A DNA stretch of 64,000 bases, from contig JAMOLT010000041.1 of the NCBI GenBank assembly GCA_027068915.1, positions 977-64,976 on the forward strand, read 5' to 3'. The notes beneath the pieces were generated by a model. It was not told the DNA's origin. It ran no database searches and saw nothing but the letters and a program-made list of their open reading frames with translations. A program made the position numbers and the translations under genes. Source of the DNA: Sedimenticola sp. GTDB taxonomy: Bacteria > Pseudomonadota > Gammaproteobacteria > Chromatiales > Chromatiaceae. Each line of letters starts with the position of its first letter. The first letter of the stretch is position 1. Below, one piece after another: positions 39,181-48,182 of the stretch.

Positions 39181-39357
39181 TGTACTGCGTCGGAATTAAA
39201 GGAGCTTTCAGAGCCTCCCTTCGGGTGAGTCACAATGCGGCCATCTGCGGTGTCGTACTCGCTTGAAAGGGGGTGGCCCTTCCTGCGCGAGTACGCCTTG
39301 CATCTGGTCGCATTGTGACGCACTGAAAGGGCCTTTAATTCCGACGCAGTACACTAG
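39177..39357. mobile_element. 181-bp MITE, CTAG-ended family, one internal module
   Basis: 35-bp TIRs (33/35); same family as 23280-23540 but lacking its ~80-bp first module. Confidence 0.88.
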
Positions 39358-39892
39358 GATCCCAAAAGTTGCCTGAAGCCCCTGTGGGCGGCGGAGTGTT
39401 TGGGTCGAGACGAAGGAAGCGGATCACCCTTCCCTGATCATCCCGAAGGGCCAGGCGATTGTCCTGTAACCGGTATGCAAACTGCTGAATCTGCCCCGTG
39501 TCAGCATCAATCAGCTGGAGACGCCCTGGCTGGATTTTCACATAGAAATTTCTGTATTGCTCCCGTGACCAGTACATGCGGGCGTAGCCCCGTTTGATCG
39601 CTAGAAGAATACGGTTTTTGCTGACCCAGGCACCTTCCAGCAGTTTGGGCTGTTGCGGCAACAGAGAAGCGCCGCCAGGTGGTGCAGGATAGGGCGACAG
39701 GTGATGTTGATAGCCAAAGGGGGTGGAGGAATATCCTATATGCCCGGAGAAGTCCTGGTAGAGACGCATCGTTTCGAACATGCCCAGCATGAAACGCATC
39801 ATTTCTGCAAAGGGGCTGGCGTTGTTCCAGTTGCTGGCGCCTGCCGGCCCGATGAGCAGGAGCAGAAAGAGAACTTGTGCGGTTTTTTTCAC
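39335..39892 (-). CDS. exported hypothetical protein
   Basis: GTG start with signal peptide (KKTAQVLFLLLLIGPAGA), Pro/Tyr linker, beta-rich C-terminal domain; last codons lie inside the MITE. Confidence 0.7.
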   Translation of the reverse strand: MKKTAQVLFLLLLIGPAGASNWNNASPFAEMMRFMLGMFETMRLYQDFSGHIGYSSTPFGYQHHLSPYPAPPGGASLLPQQPKLLEGAWVSKNRILLAIKRGYARMYWSREQYRNFYVKIQPGRLQLIDADTGQIQQFAYRLQDNRLALRDDQGRVIRFLRLDPNTPPPTGASGNFWDPSVLRRN

Positions 39893-40005
39893 GGAAACGA
39901 CTGCTGGGCGGCTGTTGATTCGACAATTATAAAGCAATGATTAGACTCTTGAAAAAGTATGGAGTAAATTGTTTCGATTGTCCCGGAATCTGGAGGTTTA
40001 AGGCA

Positions 40006-40443
40006 TTGACTGGAGGGAAAAATAAAGATGGAGAATCACAGGAACTGCGCCGCGCCCTTGATGAGCTGCTGGCAGAGCGAAAACAGTTGCTGGCAGTTTT
40101 TTGCCAAGCGGCAAACGCCAGCCAGGAGCATAGTGAAGAAAGTCGTACCCAGCTTTTTGCGCGCCTTTGTCAGCTATTGATGGATTATGCCGCCTTGTGG
40201 CAATTCGAGATCCATGATGTGCTGGTGCATTCTGCGGCAGAGCATTCTACTGCGGTGAAGGCGCTGGAACTGCACCAGCCCGTTATCCAGCAGGCAGCGA
40301 ATAATGCCCTGGATTTCAATGATATGTTTGATATCTTTGTGCAAGAGGGAAAAACCCCCCAAATGGAATCCCGGTTGTCAGTTCTTGGTGAATCCCTGGC
40401 AAACCGTTTTGAAGCAGAAGATCAGATTGTCCTGAACCTTTGA
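40006..40443 (+). CDS. Rsd/AlgQ-like anti-sigma70 factor
   Basis: LAERKQLL..C, LCQLLMDY, ALDFND, LSVLGESLANRFEAEDQ; start uncertain (TTG 40006 after GGAGG; ORF open from 39937). Confidence 0.75.
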   Translation: MTGGKNKDGESQELRRALDELLAERKQLLAVFCQAANASQEHSEESRTQLFARLCQLLMDYAALWQFEIHDVLVHSAAEHSTAVKALELHQPVIQQAANNALDFNDMFDIFVQEGKTPQMESRLSVLGESLANRFEAEDQIVLNL

Positions 40444-40452
40444 GGAATAACC

Positions 40453-42756
40453 ATGGCGTTGCTTGATAGCTCGATTGACAAGAATTCAGCGGCATTGCTG
40501 CAGGATGAATTGATTGTCCCAAAAAGGAAGTCCCTGCGGCTGGATACCTTTCCCAGGGGAACGGACAATGCGCGCATCGATGTGCGCCTGGAGCCATCGT
40601 TGAAAGCAGCCATTGAAGCAAATGCACGCTCTAGTATGGCCCGGCATATGCGTACATGGCACCTGTCTGCAAGCAGCGAACTACTGGGTGAAGAGGAGGC
40701 GGCGGCCGAGCAGTTCCAGAAGGTGTTCAACAAGCTAAGCATCGTCACAGCGCAAAAGGCCAGAAAATCTTCCCGAAGAGAAGTGTATCAGCTGTTTATC
40801 CTTTCCGTGGTAAAGCAGATCTATCTGAGCGTGGATCAGCAATTGCGGGAATGCAGGGAAGATTTTGACGAGGATTCGCTCCTTGGTGAGACTTCTGCCA
40901 GTGGTCGGGTTTCCCGGCACGAAAAACTGTGGCGTTTCAGCCGGCACCAGTCCATGTTGCGCTATCTTGTGAGCCGTGAGCTCATTGAGCAGCTCCACAG
41001 TATGGAGCTGGTGGGTCGCAAACAGCGGAAAAGTGTGCTTGCCCTGTCATGGCCGGTTGCAGAGGAAATGCTGTTCAACCCCTTGTTGCAGCTGAGTGAT
41101 TTGAGCGATGAAGCAGCCTTTATCGAGATCTATCCCTTCCTGCTGATTAAGCCCAAGATGTTCAGAAATTTTGAGCGGCTGGTGCTGGACGTATTCTGTC
41201 ACTGGCTGCCGGACTGCCCGGTGCGACGGTTGTCGGAGCAGCAGAATGATGATCTGAATACATTGCAGCTGCGCCGGGACAAAGGGGATTTTCCTGCCTA
41301 TGCCCAGGTGGAGGCCTATCTGCGCGCAATCATGTCCCAATCCGAATACCAGCGGGCGGAAAACAGCTGGTTCGATGATCCCAGGAACCTGTCATGGCTG
41401 CTGGGAGGAGATGGGGACAAAGGGCGGCCTGGTTTCTGGGATGAGGAACGCTGGCATGGCTTCCAGGACAATTTGCTGCAGGAGCTGGAAAAAGCTTTCC
41501 ATAGAAACGGCCTGCTGGAAATGATTTTTGCCAGCGCCATGGTGCCTGACCTGTATCGCAGCCTTGGGCGCAAAGGTGCGTTACGCCTTCTTTACGAATA
41601 CCTGCTTGACGGGCGCAGCAAAAAGGAATTGCTGCCGATATTGCAGCAATTCAAGGATATTTCAGACCTGGATCTCTATGTTGAGCGTATGGATGTGGTG
41701 CGCAGGGAAATCAAGCAGGCCACCCCCGGTCAGCGCAGAAACTGGCTGATCAAGGTGCTGGAAGGCTACGCAAACCTGCGGCGGGATCTGAAGCTGTCCT
41801 GGGAGATGTACCGGGCCATGGATCTGATCCACCTTTTGGAGAAGCCCAAAGATTTGGCATTGTCCCGGGCAAACGCGTTGTTGCAGGAGTTTTCCCTGCA
41901 GCAGGAAGAGGAGGCGCCCGAGGTCAACGGACATGTTATTCTCAAGGCCGATCTGCGAGGTTCGACGGAACTGACCGCCACCATGATTAGGGAGGGATTA
42001 AACCCGGCAGCCTATTTCAGCCAGAATCTGTTTGATCCCATCAATACCTTGTTGCAGAAATATGGCGCCGAGAAGGTGTTTGTCGAAGGCGATGCGGTCA
42101 TTCTCATGATCCTGGATCAATCCAGCCCCCCCTCCCAGGTAGTAGCAAGAGCCTGTGGGCTGGCGTACGATATCATCGATCTCGTTATGCAACGAAATCG
42201 GGAAAGCCGGCAGATGGAGCTTCCTGAGCTGGAGCTGGGGATAGGGGTTTCCTATGTGGCCGAAGCGCCTTGCTATTTGTTTGACGCAGGGCGTAAAATA
42301 ACCATTTCCCCTGCTATTAACAGGGCTGATCGTCTCTCTTCCTGCACAGGACGTGATTTTATCGGATTTGGCGAAGAGCGGGCTTGGGGCGTGGAGGTCA
42401 TCAAGGTCGAACAGATTGCCAACAGTGTCTCAGGAGAAAGCCAATATTGCCGTTACAATGTGAATGGCATAGAACTGGATCTACCCGCATTCCAGCATCT
42501 GACAGAAGAGATGGTGTTGAAGAAGATAAAGGCATCCAGCTATGGGAAAGATACCGGCGATCATTATTATGTTGGTCGATTTCCTGATCTTTCCGGAAAA
42601 ACCCGATGGCAGGTATTGCGCCAGAGTATGGTCAAATACTGGGATGGAGGAAAGCTTCTGGCTCCTTCAGCGAAGAGTGGGGAAAGTTTTTACGAACTGG
42701 TTACAGATCCAGAAATACTAGGCCGGACACGGGAAAAGTTATCCGGTCGAAATTGA
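40453..42756 (+). CDS. large protein with a C-terminal class III nucleotidyl-cyclase-like domain
   Basis: ILKADLRGST, KVFVEGDAVIL, LGIGVS, ISPAINRADRL; N-terminal ~490 aa unrecognised. Confidence 0.8.
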   Translation: MALLDSSIDKNSAALLQDELIVPKRKSLRLDTFPRGTDNARIDVRLEPSLKAAIEANARSSMARHMRTWHLSASSELLGEEEAAAEQFQKVFNKLSIVTAQKARKSSRREVYQLFILSVVKQIYLSVDQQLRECREDFDEDSLLGETSASGRVSRHEKLWRFSRHQSMLRYLVSRELIEQLHSMELVGRKQRKSVLALSWPVAEEMLFNPLLQLSDLSDEAAFIEIYPFLLIKPKMFRNFERLVLDVFCHWLPDCPVRRLSEQQNDDLNTLQLRRDKGDFPAYAQVEAYLRAIMSQSEYQRAENSWFDDPRNLSWLLGGDGDKGRPGFWDEERWHGFQDNLLQELEKAFHRNGLLEMIFASAMVPDLYRSLGRKGALRLLYEYLLDGRSKKELLPILQQFKDISDLDLYVERMDVVRREIKQATPGQRRNWLIKVLEGYANLRRDLKLSWEMYRAMDLIHLLEKPKDLALSRANALLQEFSLQQEEEAPEVNGHVILKADLRGSTELTATMIREGLNPAAYFSQNLFDPINTLLQKYGAEKVFVEGDAVILMILDQSSPPSQVVARACGLAYDIIDLVMQRNRESRQMELPELELGIGVSYVAEAPCYLFDAGRKITISPAINRADRLSSCTGRDFIGFGEERAWGVEVIKVEQIANSVSGESQYCRYNVNGIELDLPAFQHLTEEMVLKKIKASSYGKDTGDHYYVGRFPDLSGKTRWQVLRQSMVKYWDGGKLLAPSAKSGESFYELVTDPEILGRTREKLSGRN

Positions 42757-42782
42757 ATTAGTTGCTCCTGTTCGGGACTGAG

Positions 42783-43187
42783 ATGGAGCATCGGGATGCT
42801 GCTATGTATGCCTGTAAGCATAAACTACACCGTGTAAAAACAATGCTGCGTGCGCAATTGAGCGTTCGTGGCGCCAACACCCAGTCAGTCCTTATTGAAC
42901 AAATCTCGGAAGCCGGACTGGATTTCTTGTGTGATGCCGGTGCGCAATGCCGGATCATGCCCGAAGAGCGAAAAATGCCCGGCCCGGTTTTTGGCGTGTA
43001 TGTGGACATCGTGTTCCGGCTGCCCAATTCCGACCGGGAGCTGCAGACGCGATGTCAGGTGCTGTTCTGTCATCGTCTTTCTCAAAACAGCTACCGGTTT
43101 GGTTGCGAATTTCATCAACTCGCCGATGCGAATCAGGAATTGTTGCAGGAGTTTCTGCAGCAGGCAGAGATTGAACTAGTTTCCTGA
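42783..43187 (+). CDS. PilZ-domain protein
   Basis: QISEAG (D/NxSxxG-like), C-terminal YRFGCEF..L..LLQEFL; start uncertain (42762/42783/42804). Confidence 0.7.
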   Translation: MEHRDAAMYACKHKLHRVKTMLRAQLSVRGANTQSVLIEQISEAGLDFLCDAGAQCRIMPEERKMPGPVFGVYVDIVFRLPNSDRELQTRCQVLFCHRLSQNSYRFGCEFHQLADANQELLQEFLQQAEIELVS

Positions 43188-43203
43188 TTGGCCCGGAAGG
43201 CGG

Positions 43204-45183
43204 CTATAAAGCTGTACTGTCAGTGGCCTCTGTTTGGGCGGTCTTCTCCGCCTCGGTTCCCAGTATCGGCAGCATCCGCTCTGACAGCCGCGTAAGCTTG
43301 CGTTTCAGGCGGTGGTCATAAATTGCGGCGTAGGTAAATACCCGCTTTACATAGCCTTTTGTCTCATTGAAAGGGATCAATTCTACCCAGATATCAGCAG
43401 GCAGGCGGGATTTTGGCAGCCAGCGTTTTACCCTGTGCGGGCCTGCATTGTAGGCGGCAGTCGCCAGCACCGGGTTTTCTCCAAGAGTGGACAGCACATA
43501 TGCGAGGTAGGTGGTTCCTAGTTCAATATTGATTTTTGGAGAAATCAGATCTCTGTGCCTGGGTGATTTCTTTTTCTTTAGCAGTTTCTTCGATACATAT
43601 TTGGCGGTAGCCGGCATGAGCTGCATCAGTCCCACGGCACCTGCAAAAGAGCGCACACTGGCATTGAATGCGCTTTCCTGTCGGATTACGCCGTAAACCC
43701 AGGAAATGTCCAGCTTGTTTTTCTTCGCGTAGTGCTGCACATCCGGTTTGTGCTCCAGGGGGAATCGCAGTTCCAGATCATCCCAGAAACCAGATTTGGC
43801 CAGGGTGAAGATTGCCTGATCATGCCAGTCCCATGATTGCGCCAACTCGGCAGCGGCAATGTATTCCTCCGTGCTGAGGTCACGGGTGGCGAAGCGCCAT
43901 TCACGGCGGGCATCCACCCAGCGGTTCAGCGCCAGCAGTTCCCTGGTTCTGGCTACCGCCGGATCATTACTGATTGCCGTAGCAATATCTTTTTCCACAA
44001 TACCCTTTCCCGGAGCAAACCGATAGGTTTCGCCAATCCGATCGGCGGCGAGAAAACCGTAGTAGCTGCGCTCGCTGACCAGTTCGCTATACAGCGCGTT
44101 CGCCTGGGATTGCTGGCGGGTCTGTTCCAGCGCCCGCGCCAGCCAGTACCGCCAGCGTTCGCTCTGCTGCTCTTTCTGCGGCATTTGGCCGATTCTGGAG
44201 ATCACCTGGCTCCAGTCGCTATGGAGCAGGGCGGATTCGACCAGCGCTTCCTGGAGCTTGCTGTCATGGCCGCAGGGCTGAAGAGCGGACATGAAATCAG
44301 CGGCAACCGGATCTTCATTGCGTGTCAGCCACAGTGCGAGCTTGCGATTGACCAGATGCTGATTCAGGGTGGAAATGGCAAAGTGCTGTTGCAGTTTATT
44401 CCAGTAGCTCAACGCCGCCAGAGGGTTCTTTCTGATTTGCCGGTAGGCGGCATCCACCAGGATTTCCTGACGCTGAGGGTGCTCTTTCTTCAGTGTCGGA
44501 TCTGTAAAGACCAGGGCAGGCTTGCCATGTACCTTGATCCAGGTGTTTACCCAGGGGCGATCCTTGGCGGGAAGGGATTTCTTCAAATAGCGGGCAAGTT
44601 TGATCTGTCCCTTGTCCATGGCCAGAGCAATGCGTTGCCAGACCAGCCTGGTGGTCAGCAGACCGGCTTCACGCCAGGACTTGAATACCGGGTCACAGGC
44701 TTTTGGTCTTGATTTTCCGTGCAGCCATATAGGCTCAACCTGTGAAAAAGCGCGTTTTTTCTCGCCGGTGTAAATCAGCGCCTGCAAATAGTGGCACTGG
44801 CGACTGATGTTGGATTGCGGGGTATAGAACCGTATGTAGCTCTTCCAGTCCTGGCGATTGGCCAGTACATTCAGCCAGCGGGCGCGCAGCAAGGCTGCCA
44901 GTGGCGTATGCTCATTCTTTTCGAGAAAATCAGCGACTTCCTGGTTTTTTACTGTTCCCAGCCTGTGCTTGAGCCGGGCGTATTCCAGATAGGGATAAAG
45001 AGGATAGTTGCGCAGCAGGGAATCCATATTGCCAGGCAGGGTTTTGCCTGCCGCTGCGATTTTCTCCGCACCCAGAAACAGCTTGCGCTGCGCTTCCTGG
45101 GCGATAGTGCCGGCACTGGCGTTTGCTGCCAGCAACAGTATTCCAGCCAGGGTGATATCGATTATTCTGTGCCGGGCAATCAT
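43204..45183 (-). CDS. slt: soluble lytic murein transglycosylase Slt70
   Basis: YPLYPYLEY, IRQESAF (catalytic Glu), GLMQLMP, AAYNAGP, ETKGYV. Confidence 0.95.
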   Translation of the reverse strand: MIARHRIIDITLAGILLLAANASAGTIAQEAQRKLFLGAEKIAAAGKTLPGNMDSLLRNYPLYPYLEYARLKHRLGTVKNQEVADFLEKNEHTPLAALLRARWLNVLANRQDWKSYIRFYTPQSNISRQCHYLQALIYTGEKKRAFSQVEPIWLHGKSRPKACDPVFKSWREAGLLTTRLVWQRIALAMDKGQIKLARYLKKSLPAKDRPWVNTWIKVHGKPALVFTDPTLKKEHPQRQEILVDAAYRQIRKNPLAALSYWNKLQQHFAISTLNQHLVNRKLALWLTRNEDPVAADFMSALQPCGHDSKLQEALVESALLHSDWSQVISRIGQMPQKEQQSERWRYWLARALEQTRQQSQANALYSELVSERSYYGFLAADRIGETYRFAPGKGIVEKDIATAISNDPAVARTRELLALNRWVDARREWRFATRDLSTEEYIAAAELAQSWDWHDQAIFTLAKSGFWDDLELRFPLEHKPDVQHYAKKNKLDISWVYGVIRQESAFNASVRSFAGAVGLMQLMPATAKYVSKKLLKKKKSPRHRDLISPKINIELGTTYLAYVLSTLGENPVLATAAYNAGPHRVKRWLPKSRLPADIWVELIPFNETKGYVKRVFTYAAIYDHRLKRKLTRLSERMLPILGTEAEKTAQTEATDSTAL

Positions 45184-45194
45184 TGTTTCACTCC

Positions 45195-45461
45195 AGGGTC
45201 TGTCAACACTAATCCAATAGACTTTGCCGGGGCAATTTTTTCACCCAGCAAGGCTGAATGAGTGAAGTATAGTGGCGCTATATGAACGAATGATAACGCT
45301 GCTGGGTGGAAAATAGCCCCAGCCCTACGGGTTGCGCCTGAAAAAGCACCACTCGGCGTTGCTCGTCGTTCATTTGGAGTAGCCAAATCCCCCTCCTTGC
45401 GCCTTGGTTGGCGCTTTTTCAGGTGCAACAAGAGCCCATTGGATTAGTGTTAACAGACCCT
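45195..45461. mobile_element. 267-bp MITE with AGGGTCTGT-type TIRs and two internal modules
   Basis: 24-bp TIRs (23/24); two opposed hairpin modules with a CCCTACGGG linker. Confidence 0.85.
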
Positions 45462-45604
45462 AAGCACTATACCGTGTTCCTGTAGTGCGTTATCCCTGTC
45501 GCCCGTCTGTGAATATGTACGGTCCGCATAGGCTACAATCTTCTCAATTCTGGATCCATGAGTTCAGGATCAATTATAGACAGTATTGTTTTTGGAGTTG
45601 TGAA

Positions 45605-46051
45605 ATGGCAGACAATAACAGCATGGAAGAGGAAATGACACTCAATAGCGGTATAGCCGCTTTCGAAGCGAAGCATTTTGTGCGCGCAGCCCAATTGCTG
45701 GAGCCCCTGGCGGATGCGGGCAATGCAGAAGCGCAATACCGGGTCGCCATCATGGCCCAGAACGGCTTGGGCACGGTGCAAAACCAGGCTCGCGCATATG
45801 AGCATATGAAGGCGGCGGCGGAAGCAGGCCTGCCTTTTGCTCAGCATGGGCTGGGGTTCATGTATCTGCAAGGGGAATGCGTGGACAAGAATGGAGAAAA
45901 GGCGCTGCAGTGGTTCATGTGCGGCGCCGAGCAGGGGCTGCAAGGCTCCATGACCACCATCGCCATGATGTATCAGGACGGCAATGGCGTAGATGCCGAC
46001 CCGGTAAAAGCCCGGGAGTGGTTCCACAAGGCCGGATTTGATGAGATGTGA
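45605..46051 (+). CDS. Sel1-like repeat protein
   Basis: A..G.AEAQY/AQHGLGFMYLQG/AMMYQDGNGV repeats; start trimmed to MADNN. Confidence 0.88.
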   Translation: MADNNSMEEEMTLNSGIAAFEAKHFVRAAQLLEPLADAGNAEAQYRVAIMAQNGLGTVQNQARAYEHMKAAAEAGLPFAQHGLGFMYLQGECVDKNGEKALQWFMCGAEQGLQGSMTTIAMMYQDGNGVDADPVKAREWFHKAGFDEM

Positions 46052-46093
46052 ATCACCGGTTCCGCAAGTCTGGATTCCTGGGGAGTATCCGGA

Positions 46094-47152
46094 CTAACCC
46101 TGGCGGCGCTTGCGTACGGCTTCCGCAAGCAGTTCCAGCAGGGGAGTGCTGTCTTCCCACGCCAGACAGGCGTCGGTAATGCTCTGTCCGAAGGTAAGCG
46201 GTTTGCCCTGCGTCAACGGCTGATTTCCACCCACGAGATGGCTTTCGATCATGGCGCCGACGATGCGCAGGTCGCCCCTCGCCACTTGCCCGGCTACGTC
46301 CCGGCCCACATCGATTTGTTTTTTGAACTGTTTGTGGCTGTTGGCGTGGCTGAAATCGACCATTAGCCGCGGCGTCAGCCCGGCCTTCTCCATTTCCTCC
46401 GCAGCGAGGTTTACGGATTCGGCATCATAGTTCGGCCGTTTGCCGCCGCGCAGGATGATATGGGTGTCGTTGTTGCCGGCGGTGCTGAAAATGGCGGAAT
46501 GCCCCTCTTTGGTCATGGACATGAAGACATGCGGGCGTTCCGCTGCGCGCATGGCGTCCACGGCCACGCGCATGGTGCCGTCGGTGCCGTTCTTGAATCC
46601 CACCGGGCAGGACAGGCCGGAGGCCAGCTCCCGGTGTCCCTGGCTTTCCGTGGTGCGGGCGCCGATGGCGCCCCAGCTGACCAGGTCAGCCACATATTGC
46701 GGTGATATCAGGTCCAGGAATTCCGTACCGGCCGGCAGCCCCGTGTCGTTGATGTCCACCAGCAGCTTCCGTGCCAGCTCCAGCCCCTTGTTGATCTTGA
46801 AGGAGTTGTCCAGGTTCGGGTCGTTGATCAGGCCTTTCCAGCCCACGGTGGTGCGGGGCTTTTCAAAATATACGCGCATGACGATGAGCAAATCATCCGC
46901 CAGTTGTTTTTTTACTGCCAGGAGGCGGCTTGCGTATTCCATGGCCGCTTCCGGATCATGCACGGAGCAGGGGCCGATAACCACGAGCAGGCGATCATCC
47001 TCGCCGTGGAGAATGCGATGGATCTGCTGGCGGGTTTCAAAAACGGTTTTTGCCGCCGTTTGCGTAATGGGCAAACGCTCATGCAGGGCTGCGGCGGGGA
47101 TTACTTCCTGGGTGCCGCGAATGCGCAGATTGTCTGTCTTGTATTCTTGCAT
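46094..47152 (-). CDS. 3-deoxy-7-phosphoheptulonate synthase, class I (AroF/G/H type)
   Basis: GPCSVHD, RVYFEKPRTTVGWKG, GARTTESQ, DFSHANS, SITDAC. Confidence 0.96.
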   Translation of the reverse strand: MQEYKTDNLRIRGTQEVIPAAALHERLPITQTAAKTVFETRQQIHRILHGEDDRLLVVIGPCSVHDPEAAMEYASRLLAVKKQLADDLLIVMRVYFEKPRTTVGWKGLINDPNLDNSFKINKGLELARKLLVDINDTGLPAGTEFLDLISPQYVADLVSWGAIGARTTESQGHRELASGLSCPVGFKNGTDGTMRVAVDAMRAAERPHVFMSMTKEGHSAIFSTAGNNDTHIILRGGKRPNYDAESVNLAAEEMEKAGLTPRLMVDFSHANSHKQFKKQIDVGRDVAGQVARGDLRIVGAMIESHLVGGNQPLTQGKPLTFGQSITDACLAWEDSTPLLELLAEAVRKRRQG

Positions 47153-47207
47153 GAGTGTTGTTTCCGGCCTTGAAACAGCCAATTATAGCCTTTTGCGGGT
47201 AACAGAC

Positions 47208-48179
47208 TCAATACAAGTGACAGGCAACCTGGTGAATGTTTCCATCATCATGGATGTTCTTCAGCGCCGGCATGGCGTTTGCGCATTGCGCCATGGCCTC
47301 GGGGCAGCGGGTGCGGAAGGGGCAGCCGGAAGGCGGGTTCAGGGGGGATGGCACGTCACCCTGGAGAATGGTGCGGTGGGTTCTGGCGTCCGGATCCGGG
47401 CTGGGAATAGCGGACAACAGTGCCTTGGTGTAGGGGTGTCGGGGTTCCTTGTACAGATCCGTGGAGGAAGCCACTTCCACCAGCTTGCCCAGGTACATGA
47501 CGCCGATTTCGTGGCTGATGTGCTGCACTACCGCCAGATCGTGGGAAATAAACAGGAAGGAAATATGCAGCTCCCGCTGCAGGCGCGCAATCAGGTTCAG
47601 CACCTGGGATTGCACGGATACATCCAGGGCGGAAACGGCCTCGTCGGCGACGATGAATTTGGGGTCCAGGGTCAGGGCGCGGGCGATACCGATGCGCTGA
47701 CGCTGGCCGCCGGAAAACTCATGGGGATAGCGGTGCAGCACGTTGGGGCGCATGCCCACGATGTCCAGCAGCTCCAGCACCTTTTTCCTGCGTGATGCGG
47801 CGTCGCCAATGTGGTGGGTCTCCAGGGGTTCCAGCAGGGTTTGCATTACCGTGCGCCGCGGGGAGAGTGAGGCGTAGGGATCCTGAAAAATGATCTGCAT
47901 GTCCTTGCGGTGCGCCACCAGTTCCTTGCTGCCCAGTGCAGTGATGTTGGTGTCTCCCAGCTTTACTTCGCCGGCGGTGGGTTCGTGCAGGCGCAGAATT
48001 GCGCGCCCCAGGGTGGATTTTCCGCAGCCGGATTCGCCTACCAGACCGAAGGTATGGCCCTTCGGTATGGAGAAGCTCACATCGTCCACCGCCTTGAGCT
48101 GTCCCACCACGCGGCGAAAGAAGCCCCCCTTGATGGGGAAGTGTTTCTTCAGGTTTTTGACTTCGAGTAGTGTGCTCAT
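47208..48179 (-). CDS. peptide ABC transporter ATP-binding protein (OppF/DppF type)
   Basis: [25 protein letters not shown]-terminal Cys motif. Confidence 0.93.
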   Translation of the reverse strand: MSTLLEVKNLKKHFPIKGGFFRRVVGQLKAVDDVSFSIPKGHTFGLVGESGCGKSTLGRAILRLHEPTAGEVKLGDTNITALGSKELVAHRKDMQIIFQDPYASLSPRRTVMQTLLEPLETHHIGDAASRRKKVLELLDIVGMRPNVLHRYPHEFSGGQRQRIGIARALTLDPKFIVADEAVSALDVSVQSQVLNLIARLQRELHISFLFISHDLAVVQHISHEIGVMYLGKLVEVASSTDLYKEPRHPYTKALLSAIPSPDPDARTHRTILQGDVPSPLNPPSGCPFRTRCPEAMAQCANAMPALKNIHDDGNIHQVACHLY

Positions 48180-48182
48180 GGC

